Assembly: GCF_964194155.1 (NCBI RefSeq)
Contig: NC_135894.1
Span: 56,172,001-56,236,000, forward strand
Direction: 5' to 3'
DNA: 64,000 nucleotides
DNA from: Cetorhinus maximus
Lineage: Eukaryota
The notes under the pieces are model-generated. The model was given only the letters and a program-made list of their open reading frames with translations, did no database searches and was not told the DNA's origin. This document shows, piece by piece, positions 1-10,005 of the stretch (position 1 is its first letter; every line of letters starts with the position of its first letter). Made by a program: the position numbers and the translations under genes.

Positions 1-345
1 TACATCCACATGAGGACCTTGGAGGTTGTAAAGATGCACGGTCACAACATGGTTTCATTGCAATGGCAGCATAAGCAGCAGCTCCGTTGTGGGGATTGAC
101 AACTGTGCCAGGTTACCTCAATCCTTGAACACCTTGAGGAATTTCACACATGCAGCACCTCCTTGAAGGTCATGTCAAAGGATCCACACTGGGGGTGTCC
201 TGCAGGAAGTAGATGTCCACAGTTTCAAAACCGCAGCATTCAAAAGGACGAAGAAGGCACAGTCAATGGGTGCATCTCCTTCACTATTTTTCACTGCCAC
301 CCTGACAGTGTTACACGCCCTGGTTTGTGGCTCAGTTGCTGGTTG
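1..345 (-). mobile_element. Decayed L1-Tx1 ORF1 (ZCCHC3-like) N-terminal remnant
   Basis: Manual minus-strand translation across frameshifts gives NTVRVAVKNSEGDAPIDCAFFV..ECCGFETVDIYFLQDTP..GSFDMTFKEV..NHVVTVHLYNL, resembling Tx1-clade ORF1. It runs off the window edge. Confidence 0.65.
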
Positions 346-1384
346 CAGCTAGCTCTTAAAGTATTCCCTGAGTCAGCAACAAAGGCTCTCATGACATCCT
401 GAGCTGCAATATTAATGAGTCATTCGTCTGAGTCAGGCAGGCAGGCCAACTGCCCTTTGAAAGGTGGCGATGACCAAGAATCGATCAGAAATAGGATTGG
501 CAAGTATTTGTGCAGCTGCCTTAACAGTGCCTCTGCCCCTTTCCCGTCAACATAGGGGAGTTAGAATTCCTTCCTTTATGTTTTAGGATCTTTATTCACA
601 AGTTACACACAATTGAATGGAATGTTTCAGCATGAATTATGCAAAGTTTGTGGCTGCAGGCCTGCTGTTTTATTTTACTGGGAAGATTGTGGATGTGATA
701 AATTACTTAGGGACAACATAAATAATGGCAGAGATTTTGTCAGGCTGACTGGGGTCTTGCCCACCAATTGGAGAACCATTGGGAAGTCGCGTCAGTTCCA
801 TGGGGGAGACCCGATGGAATCAAGCACCCCTCAGGTGCTTACGTGGCCACTGTTAGGCCTTCCCCATCATTGAGGTCCCCAATAGCAAAATTCCCAGCCA
901 ATGAAGTGCTACTGGTTAAGCAGAAGCTGGCTACTCCTCACGCCACCTGCATCAGTGGGAGCGGTGGGAGCTGGTGGCAATGCACTCGCCAGAGGCCCAG
1001 GATCATCATGGGATCCCAGGCCAGGGGTGAGTGAGGATGGGACTGGGATCGCAGGGTGGGAGTCAGGGGAGGGCAGGGGGTGTCAGGGGCAAGGGAAGGG
1101 GGTGGCTTTCAGGGGCTATGATGCCTATGGTCCTTCATGACGATAGCTAATTACCATACCAAACAATGGAGTGCAGCCCCATGAATTACTATACGTCAGT
1201 CAAGAGCATCTGTTCCTTTGTCTAATGTTGAAGATACACATGTTTTTTTCCTTCAATTTTATCCACTTCATTTTTTTCTCCTGGAGTCACCTTTTTTTTT
1301 GCTTAGAGGCAGTCCAAAGAGCCTCAGTTGCAATCTAGTTCCTTGTGCAAGAAGGCAATCTTCATGTGGGAACCCTAATATTTT

Positions 1385-1511
1385 GGGCGGAATTTTACCG
1401 CTCAGTCGTGGCAGGGACTGGACTGTAAAATGTAGTGACCCGTTCAAAAATCCATTGACTTTGACATGACCGGAAAATCCCGCCAGCAGGAAGGGCCGTA
1501 AAATTCCACCC
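1385..1511. mobile_element. Short MITE, PIF/Harbinger-like
   Basis: TIRs GGGCGGAATTTTAC...GTAAAATTCCACCC. The core TTCAAAAATCCATTGACTT is shared in inverted orientation with the copy at 59428-59526. Confidence 0.7.
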
Positions 1512-1519
1512 TGAATCAC

Positions 1520-1790
1520 AACATGATGTTCGGACGTGAGCACGTGCAAAGCCAAGCCCGATCCTATTCTCGTCCAACATCTGTAAATGCACACTTCCAG
1601 CAGAGGTTGCTGGATCGGAACAGGAGATCCTGGAAGCTTCTCTTTGCCTACCACAGGGAATTCGAGAACTAACGTAGCAACCATATCGCTGCCCTGGATG
1701 AGATCAGCTAGCTCGGCATAAAGTAAAGATTAGACTTGGGCTGCTCTTGTTGTCTATGACTCAGCTCACATTGTTGAACCACTGGAGGAG
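1520..1790 (-). mobile_element. Old SINE-like repeat fragment
   Basis: Similar segments recur at about 26060-26350 (+) and about 49650-49870 (-), e.g. GAGATCAGCTA..CTCGGCA and ATGCACACTT..GCTGGA. Heavily decayed. Confidence 0.4.
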
Positions 1791-1899
1791 TTGGAAGGAA
1801 CATTTTTTTTTTGCCTTAACTGCTGTGAAGAAACAAGAAATTGGTTATATTAGTGTATGTTATGCTAGAACCACTGAAGTTAGCAAACTGTTCATTATG

Positions 1900-2572
1900 T
1901 TTTTTTTAATTCATTCATGAGATATGGGCACGCTGGCTAGGCCAGCATTTATTGCCTATCCCTAATTGCCCTTGAGAAGGTGGTGGTGTGCTGCCTTCTT
2001 GAACCTCTGCAGTCCATGTGGTGTAGGTACACCCACAATGCAGTTAGGGAGGGAGTTCCAGGATTTTGACCCAGCGACAGTGAAGGAATGATGATATATT
2101 TCCAAGTCAGGATGGTGTGTGGCTTGGAGGGGAACTTCCAGGTGGTGGTGTTCCCATGTGCCTGCTGCCCTTGTCCTTCTAGATGGTAGTGGCCGTGGGT
2201 TTCAGATGTGCTGTCTAAGGAGCCTTGGTGAGTTCCTGCAGAGCATCTTGTAGATGGTACACACTGCTGCCACTGTTCAGTGATGGAGGGAGTGAATGTT
2301 TGTGGAAAAGGTGCCAATCAAGTGGGCTGCTTTGTCCTGGATGGTTTCAAGCTTCTTGAGTGTTGTGGGAGTTGCACTCATTCAGGCAAGTGGAGAGTAT
2401 TCCATCGCACTCCTGACTTGTACCTTGTAGATGCTGGACAGGCTTTGGGGAGTCAGGAGGTGAGTTACTCATCGCAGGTTTCCTAGCCTCTGACCTGCTC
2501 TTGTAGTCACAGTATTTATATGGCTAGTCCAGTTCAGTTTCTGGTCAATGGTAACCCCCAGGATGTTGATCA
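1900..2572 (-). mobile_element. 3' fragment of a non-LTR retrotransposon (CR1/L2-group LINE, partner of the abundant SINE)
   Basis: The minus strand encodes the RT C-terminus (..WKFPSKPHTILTWKY.., and SWNSLPN in the adjacent frame). The 3' tail GGGCAATTAGGGATAGGCAATAAATGCTGGCCTAGCCAGCG..ATGAATGAATTAAAAAAA is shared with the SINEs in this window. Confidence 0.85.
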
Positions 2573-4365
2573 CTATATTAAATGTAGTTTTGTACTTTCA
2601 TTAGTATAATTCAGCCTGTGCTGTTATTACTATATAAATATTTTAAGCAATTACAATAGTATATGGGAAAAGATACAAAATCCCTTTATCCCATAATCAT
2701 ACTGTGAGGCCCTGCATTTACCAGAAAATGCCAAGGAGTTGTTCCATTGGAGGCTGTTAGTTTTTCATGTATATCACTGCAGGAGTTTGCCAAGTGGCAT
2801 GATTCATTAAATCATTAATTCTGCAGAATGAAGCACTTAACACTTTCCATTCCAGGGATGCACTGCCAGGATCAAGCACTCCTCTTTTAGCTATGAAATG
2901 GGTGTAAGTACTTTACTGTCTTTTTATTCTCACCTGTGATCCTTCTTGATCACAACCCCAGAAATATTCTCCCTCCTACAGCGTAGCATTTTTATACTTG
3001 TATACTTATTTCCCACACTCATCCTCAAGTGAAACTGCTAACCAATACTATATTAAAATGAAACAGTTTTGTCCTTTGGGCACACTTATTTCTCTGAACT
3101 CGTTTCATGTACAACCCAATCAGGGAACTCTAACAAACATCAGTCAGGGTGTGATTTGATACCTGCCCTACTCATCAGTAACACATTTTACTCAGGAGTC
3201 CTTCAGTGGGTGTCAGGCCCCAAATTAAGGGACTAAATTCCTGGCTAAGGCAGCCACTTGGACACCAAATAAAATGAGCTCCACAAACTGAGTAGTGGAT
3301 CCAACACATGCATGGATTGGGTGCAGGCCACAACATTGATGAATTTGAATGCTTTATGCCCATTTTACAGACAAAAAGAGGGTGGAAGGCATGCTAATTT
3401 GATCCCCTTAACTCTTATTCACTTCTGTCTTTTCATATTAAAGACATTTTAATGAACAATTGGGGATCCACTGTTAATACTTTAAAAAGCAATAGCAGAA
3501 TAATATATTTTAATATCAATAGTAAATTAGTTTCCAAAATATTTTTAACTCCATTTGTCTGACTCTGTACCTTTGCTAAATTGAATTACACCACCTTTTC
3601 CCTGCTATTTCGAATTGTTGCACTTAAAAGTGCTCATCGTATAAGGCATTATACAGATGTCACCACAGACATTGCGGGCACTCATACAAAGTGAAATAGG
3701 TGAAAGATTGATTGACTATTCTATATCATTCTTCCAGTTCTGTCAGAAATCTGGTTAAATCATTGTGGCAAACAGTTGAAAGGATATTATCACCTGTCAC
3801 ATCACATTGCAAAGAAAAAAATATATTTGTACGATTCATTTAACATCCAAGTCAATATCCCAGTTAAAAACCAGAATTCAAGGGTATTTCTATAGTCACT
3901 GCAGAACAACCTTTGTATATTTGTATGGGAAATAACTCTTCAGTGGAATGTGACCTACAGTTGGAATAATGAAGCAATTTATTGTGTTCACGAGCATTGT
4001 AAGTAAATGAAACTCCACCGTAGATTGGTGCTATCTGCTTTCTGTCACCAATTTTCATTTATAAATCCCCAGATTTTTCTCGGTTAGTGGATCAGTAAAA
4101 ATTTAATGTTGCAAAAAGACAAGTGAAGGGCTGGGGAATCATATCCCCACCTGCCCTGGCAGAAACCGGGCAGATGGACAGTTAAAATTAGGTGAGTTAC
4201 TTACACACCCCTGAGCCACCAGGGTAAAGAAGAGTTCTGCTTTTCACCTGTCGCCCTGAGCAGGCAGCAAGGACACTTGGCCAGAGTCAGCAGTTGTGCT
4301 GTGAAATGAAGCAACTAACAATTAATCTCCAAGCCTCATCTAACATGGTTTTTGCCAAGTCTACC

Positions 4366-5072
4366 TCATGGGATCTGGGTATTGTTGGCATGGTCAGAAT
4401 TTGTTGCCTGTAATTGATCTTGAACTGGATAGGCAGTTAAGAGCCTGTGGGTCTGGAGTCACTTGTAGGCAAGACCTGGTAAGGAGGACAGACTTCCTTA
4501 GTTATTAGAATGATCGACCTAAACAGAGTTGGTGTATTTGTGCCCTTGGAGATGGTGTGTTTGGCCAGTTCCCCTGGCAGCATGAGACGAACAGCACTCT
4601 GGATCTCCCTGGCTAAGATGGTGTGCCGCTTGTTGTCATGAATGAGGTGTGAGGCCTAGGAGGCGATGCACTTGAAAATGTCGATAATGAGTGAGTTCAT
4701 AACACTTATGGCCTTAGGCGAGATCGTGGACCTGGGTGGGTCAGCACCCTGTACACGTAAGTGAAATAGCTCTGCTTGTGAGATTTCCTCTGCTTCTTGG
4801 GCCACTTCTTGGTGACTTTAGTCAGTGACTGCTTCAATGCCTTGCACCACCCTTAGCTGCAGCTGCCACCTCAGTCACTTCCTTAGTTATTAGTGGATCA
4901 GACAGGTTTTTATAACAATCACTTATAGTTGCCATGATCATCATTACTGAGACAAGCTTTATACTCCAGACTTATTAATTGAATTTAAATTCTACCAGGT
5001 GGGATTTGAACCCTTGCCCCCAGAGCATTAGTATGGGCCTCTGGATTACTAGCCCAGTTTTACCACTACTCC
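4366..5072 (-). mobile_element. tRNA-derived SINE, split by the H2B retrocopy
   Basis: Head near 5070-4990 (GGGCTAGTAATCCAGAGGCCC..GGGTTCAAATCCCACC). The body and tail match the copies at 5883, 44500 and 56680. Confidence 0.8.
4509..4876 (-). pseudogene. H2B: Histone H2B processed pseudogene (divergent variant) with 17-bp TSD
   Basis: Minus-strand translation: [105 protein letters not shown]. It is flanked by ACTTCCTTAGTTATTAG at 4492-4508 and 4877-4893 and carries frameshifts and a premature stop. Confidence 0.92.
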
Positions 5073-5882
5073 ACCATCCCCCCAATTGAAGGCGGAAGAT
5101 GTTGCTACTGTTACATTCCCAAATCACACTACTGTAAAAGTCTTTTATAGGGCTGTGTGAGTCAGCTCCCATAAAAGTCAGATATTCAGACCACTTACAG
5201 GAGTGGCGAAAGGCTTCAACTTGATCTAATGCAGATCCTACTATGTAAATAGCTACTTTCTAGATACACTTTGATTCTCAATACTTTGCAGTGCACAGTC
5301 CCGTCACAAATACTATAAATATATTTTGTTATCAAAATAGGTTGACAGTAATTTCTGATCATAGGAACTTGTATCGGATCACACTTATACCCTTTAATAC
5401 TATATCTTATTTTATTCAATCACAGGACGTTGACTTTTCTGGCAAAGGCAGCTTTTCTTGCCCATCTCTATTTTTACTGATGTACAAAATACAAACAGAA
5501 TTTACAGTATTTCTCTGAATTTACTTGGTCTAATTTTTGCCCCGGATTTTTCTCCTGTTTTCCACGCCTCAAAATGGAAACGGAAAAGCACCCAAAACAA
5601 TGCGTTTAGAAACTAAAGTAATTTTTTTATTGCCAAAGTGCCTTATGTGTGTTTCATCCTGAAATTCAGGAGTAACTTCAATCTCATGAACAAAGCAAGT
5701 GAAATTTCCTTTCCTGTTATACAATTATTTTTGTAACTAGCCCACCTTCCAAGCTAGGATTAATCTGGCCAAAAAGAAGGCCAAGTGTTTTTGAACCAAA
5801 ACAAATGACATGCTTGGTTGGATTCAAACAGGAGATAAACAAGACCTGTTCCCAGTTGCCTCACCTCCCCTTAACTCTTCTT

Positions 5883-6150
5883 AAATTCATCCTCGGGATG
5901 TGGGTAAGGCCAGCATGTATTATCTATCCTTCATTGCCCTTGAACTGAATGACCTGCTAGGCCATTCCTGAGGGTAGGTAGAGTCAACCATGGTGGTGTG
6001 GGATCACTGAGTCTCATATAGACCAGACCAGGTAAGGATGGTAGTTTTCTGTCCCTCAAAGATAATGAACAAGTTGGGCTTTTATGGTCACTCTTTACTG
6101 ATTTATTCCAGATTAGTAAATTGAATGCAAAATCACAAACTGCTATGACG
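5883..6150 (-). mobile_element. SINE copy (same family as 44500-44850)
   Basis: GGGATGTGGG..AGGCCAGCAT..TTGCCCTTGAAC..AGAGTCAACCA..AGACCAGGTAAGGA body. Confidence 0.75.
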
Positions 6151-6570
6151 GTAGTTGGGTGGTCAGCGGGGGGTAGATGGGTGGCCAGGGAGGAGTTGGG
6201 GGATAGTCCGGGTAGGTGGTGGGTGGGTTGTCCCGGGTAGTCAGGTGGTCAGGGGGGGGCTGGGGTGGGTAGTTGGGGTGGAGGAGTAGTCGGGGTAAGG
6301 GGTCATCAGGTGCTTGGGGGTTGGCGTGGTGTAGGTGGATGGTCAGGGAGGGATTGTGGGTTGTCAGGTGGGGTGGGTGGTAGTCGCGGGTTGAGAGTAG
6401 TGGGGTGGTAATGGGTTGTTGGGGGTAGTTGGGTAGTTAGGTGGGGGGTTGGGGCATAGCTGGGGATGGGGGTGTAGTTGGGTGTTTGGATGATAGTCGG
6501 GGGGGTTGGGGATGGTAGTCAGGTGGTAGGGAGTGAATCATGGGGATGGGGGGTAGCCAGGGGGTCCAGT
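6150..6570 (+). repeat. G-rich low-complexity tract (GGT/GGGG repeats)
   Basis: About 420 bp of GGGTAGT/GGGGTT-type degenerate units with strong G-strand asymmetry. Confidence 0.85.
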
Positions 6571-7081
6571 GAGGAGCTTGGAGTTCTGTAGTATAGTTAC
6601 CCAAGGGTTAGAACTAGTTTTAATCCTTCTAACTTCTGGGGTAATTATTCTGCTGAGTAAGGCGGAACCAACCGATGTCTCTGACTTTAAATCAGAGTTT
6701 TGGAGGGTTCCAGATGCAGGGTATTTGCCCAATGAAAGTGAAATCTCCGGGGCAATTCCTGTCTAGTCAGTGCGTGGGGACTGCTGAGAGGTCCCCCTGC
6801 ACATTTCTGGTATATAGCCATCTGGAGAATGGAAGGTCTGGGCCCTTGTCCCCGTTTCTTTTGGTTTTCAGTAAACTTCACACCACTTAAGGCATCTGAA
6901 TTAGCATTCTTTTCCACATAGCTGGAGACTTCTGTCTCTGATTTGTAAACTAACTTTTAAGGCTTCCTTATGAGAATTCATCTATTATTATTTATTTACA
7001 TCATAACGGTGACCCAGTCCAGTCATGCTCATTTTTTGTCATACTTACTGAAACATGAACTTTCACTAAGGTTAACACATG

Positions 7082-7699
7082 GGGCAGAATTTTGCCCGTG
7101 ATGGGCAGGTGGGCAGCCGATCGCCGCCGCCGAAATGGGCCCTGCCGCCATTTTAAGTGGGTGGGCCAATTAAGGCCCACCCAACGGGAAGCGCTATGCG
7201 CATGTGCACGAAAGAGCGTACATCTCCCTGAGGCAAAGTGCTGTCTCAGAGAGAGCGCTGAAAGGCAGTGAAACATTAAAAATAGAAAATTTTAAAAATC
7301 ATTAACATGTCCCCCTCATGTGAAAATGACACATGAGATGGGACATGTTAATGAAATACACAAAAACGTTATTACAGTTTTATAATTCCAATATCAAACC
7401 TCATCCCGCCACTGGATGAGGTTTGTAAAAAAATCACTTACCCGCCTGCCCGTTGGGCCCATGCGCTGAGCCCAAGTTCGCACAGGCCCCTCAAAATCCT
7501 GGTCGATTGAAGAGCTAATGGCCTGAACAAGGCCTTTAATTAATGGCGGGCGTGCGTCGCGCTGCATAGCGCACCCGCCAACTGAAACATCGCGATGCCG
7601 TGTGCTGACGTCAGGACGCTCGCGCGATGTCAGCGCGCGACATTTTAAGTGCTGGCGTGCCGACTCTGCCACCCACACGCCAGCCAGAAGATTCAGCCG
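7082..7699. mobile_element. Non-autonomous PIF/Harbinger-like element
   Basis: Ends GGGCAGAATTTT...AAGATTCAGCCG with a 3-bp TSD (ATG). Internal hairpins AACATGTCCC..GGGACATGTT and AAACCTCATCC..GGATGAGGTTT. Same family as 34717-35678. Confidence 0.8.
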
Positions 7700-8389
7700 A
7701 TGGTATATGGAGTTTAGGTTTGATTTTAGGACCCTGGACCTCTGGCTAAACTTTGAAAAAGTCTCATTTGGCCTTGCAAAGCACGCTGGTATAAAATTTG
7801 ATCAAGTTTTAAAATTTGGCCAAGTTATATCAAACCTGTATTTTTAACAATAATCACTACATTACCATACCTGGTAACACACAAAAACTGTCCTCATACC
7901 CTCATATCACAGAAAAATACAAAATAGCAGAGGTAACCAAAATAATTACAGAGGAAAGTCAGTATACAAAGAAACTTGTGACCTTACAGAGGAGTTAATT
8001 CCTTCTCTAAAGGTGCCAAGCAGAAAAGTAGCAGTAAACATGAATTGACAAGGAAAAGATTTTGACTCCAAACTGATGTCATCTAACTCAGAGAAGCATT
8101 CAGGATGAATGGTTTAACAATAAACTCTCTGTGCCATACGTCACTCACTTTACACAGTGAAAAACACTTTGTTGGAAGTTTTCTTTTCATTATCTATTTA
8201 GAGTCAGTGATAAAGATTTGCATCTGATCGGTGTGACATAGCTGGTACAAAGTGTCATTGTGCACAAAGTACATGACAGCAAGGAGATTTTACTGAAATT
8301 CTAATACATACCAGTAGTATTCCTGAGGTACTGCACTCAGTAAGATCAGCAGGTTTCTTCTCCACCTCTTTAGAATCCTGCCATTCATG

Positions 8390-8645
8390 CCTCCTCCAGA
8401 CACTTTGTTTGTTTCTTTACTTGTCCCATTACCATTCCCGTTGGTCTTGTGTGATGAAACTGTTTGTTATTTAACCTCTCCTGCCTTCCACCCTTTCACA
8501 CCCATTCCCCTTTGTTCTTTCACCCGACCCTCCCTACCTTCACTTGCATAAAACAGTTAATTTCTTTAAATAATATTAATGGTTTAAAATTATGCGATCT
8601 CAGGCCTTTGAACAATCCTGCTTCCCTGTTCCATGACCTGCTGTT
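8390..8645. mobile_element. Decayed Penelope-like fragment
   Basis: Pyrimidine-rich segment ending in GACCTGCTG, similar to the Penelope-like copies at 50420 and 55577. Confidence 0.4.
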
Positions 8646-8754
8646 TCAGCCCCTGTCATCAGCCTTATGAAATTTATAACAAAAAATTAAAATGTAAACC
8701 TTTAATTTTTGGAACTTGAGCCATTCCCCCTTAACTCCTAATCTTGAAAAGCAG

Positions 8755-9035
8755 ACTTGCATTTATATAGCGCTTTTCATGACTGCCAGACATCCCAAAG
8801 CAGTTTACAGCCAATTAAGTATTATTGAAGTGAAGCCGCTATTGTAAGGTAGGAAATGGGGCAGCCAATTTGTGCACCAAAAGCTTTCATAAGCAGCAAT
8901 TTGATAATGACCAGAAAATCTGTTTTAGCGATGCTGATTGAGGAGTAGATATTGGCCAGTACATCAAGGATAACTCCTTATGTTCTGAAAGATGGAACCC
9001 AACAGTGCAACACCCCCTCAATATCTCCCTGAAGG
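8755..9035 (-). mobile_element. Deu-domain-type SINE (SacSINE1-like) fragment
   Basis: The minus-strand tail TGAAAAGCGCTATATAAATGCAAGT is L2-type. The central motif is GCACAAATTGGCTGCC..TTCCTAC. Confidence 0.7.
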
Positions 9036-9169
9036 TACCTACTGAGCCATGATACTTACAATAGGGCCTTTCTCCCTCATGGTGAATCACCCATAATCAT
9101 AAAATTTTTCACGACGATTGTATTCTAACCATCTGCTTCTTGTAATCAGTGTTCCAACTGGAGGGTATA

Positions 9170-10005
9170 CCATATAAACTTGTGTAAAAGCTGCTCTTGT
9201 GTAAAAGTCGACCCTCTGACGTTTGACCTAAAATACCTGATTTTTTCATATACCTCATGTTAGGGTCGATCCTAGCTTTTCAGGGATCAAAGTCCAAAAA
9301 ATTTCAGAACCAAAGTATAATCTCTACAATCACATCAAAATCCTCAATTCATTATTCATTTAAAAAGTTACACTTACCATATTTCCTCATGTTCCTGCTT
9401 GTCAATTAAGACAGTAAGGATGTGGATTGATTTTGAGTTTTGGAAGCAGAAACCAACAGATGGGAGAAGAGAAATAAACAGCACACATGGAAACAGAATA
9501 CTGGGGCCAACTTCCAGAGCATGCATTAAATAAATGAACAGCTGGGCCTTGCTGAGGGGAGGGGAGGCACATGCCTTGCCAATCGGGACCTTGTGAGTAC
9601 CGACTTAGTACACTCCTCCTGCACCAAGGCCTAGGTCAAGGGCTGGGGGTCTTTAGCGTTACATTTTCTAATGATGTGGCCCTTGCCTTTCCTTCCCTTC
9701 CCCCACTGCCCCCGAACAAGATTGGAACTGCGGACCTAACTGACACTGCCACTTCCTGTCCCAGGATGGGCAGGCTCCTTCCTAAAAACACAGAGTGACA
9801 GAGAACCAATAAATAGCAGGGGTGGGCACCGCTAAGGGGGTTACCTGTGAGCTCTTTTGAGCATCATGTTAGGTGTGCCAGATGGGTGTGTTTTAGTTGA
9901 AAAGTAAGTTCCTCAAAAACGTCCCTCGTATAAAAGTCAACTCCTTAACTTTTTGCCTAAAGAATTGGTCTAAAAAAAATTGGACTTCTACACAAGTATA
10001 TATTG
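9170..10005. mobile_element. Non-autonomous Tc1/mariner-superfamily (Tc2-like) element
   Basis: Imperfect TIRs (TA)CCATATAAACTTGTGTAAAAG ... CTTCTACACAAGTATATATTG, with repeated subterminal TAAAAGTC motifs. Confidence 0.55.

Noticed and set aside
4509-4876. Functional histone H2B gene
   Set aside because: It lacks the start ATG, has frameshifts, deletions and an in-frame stop, shows no promoter or stem-loop, and is flanked by a TSD.
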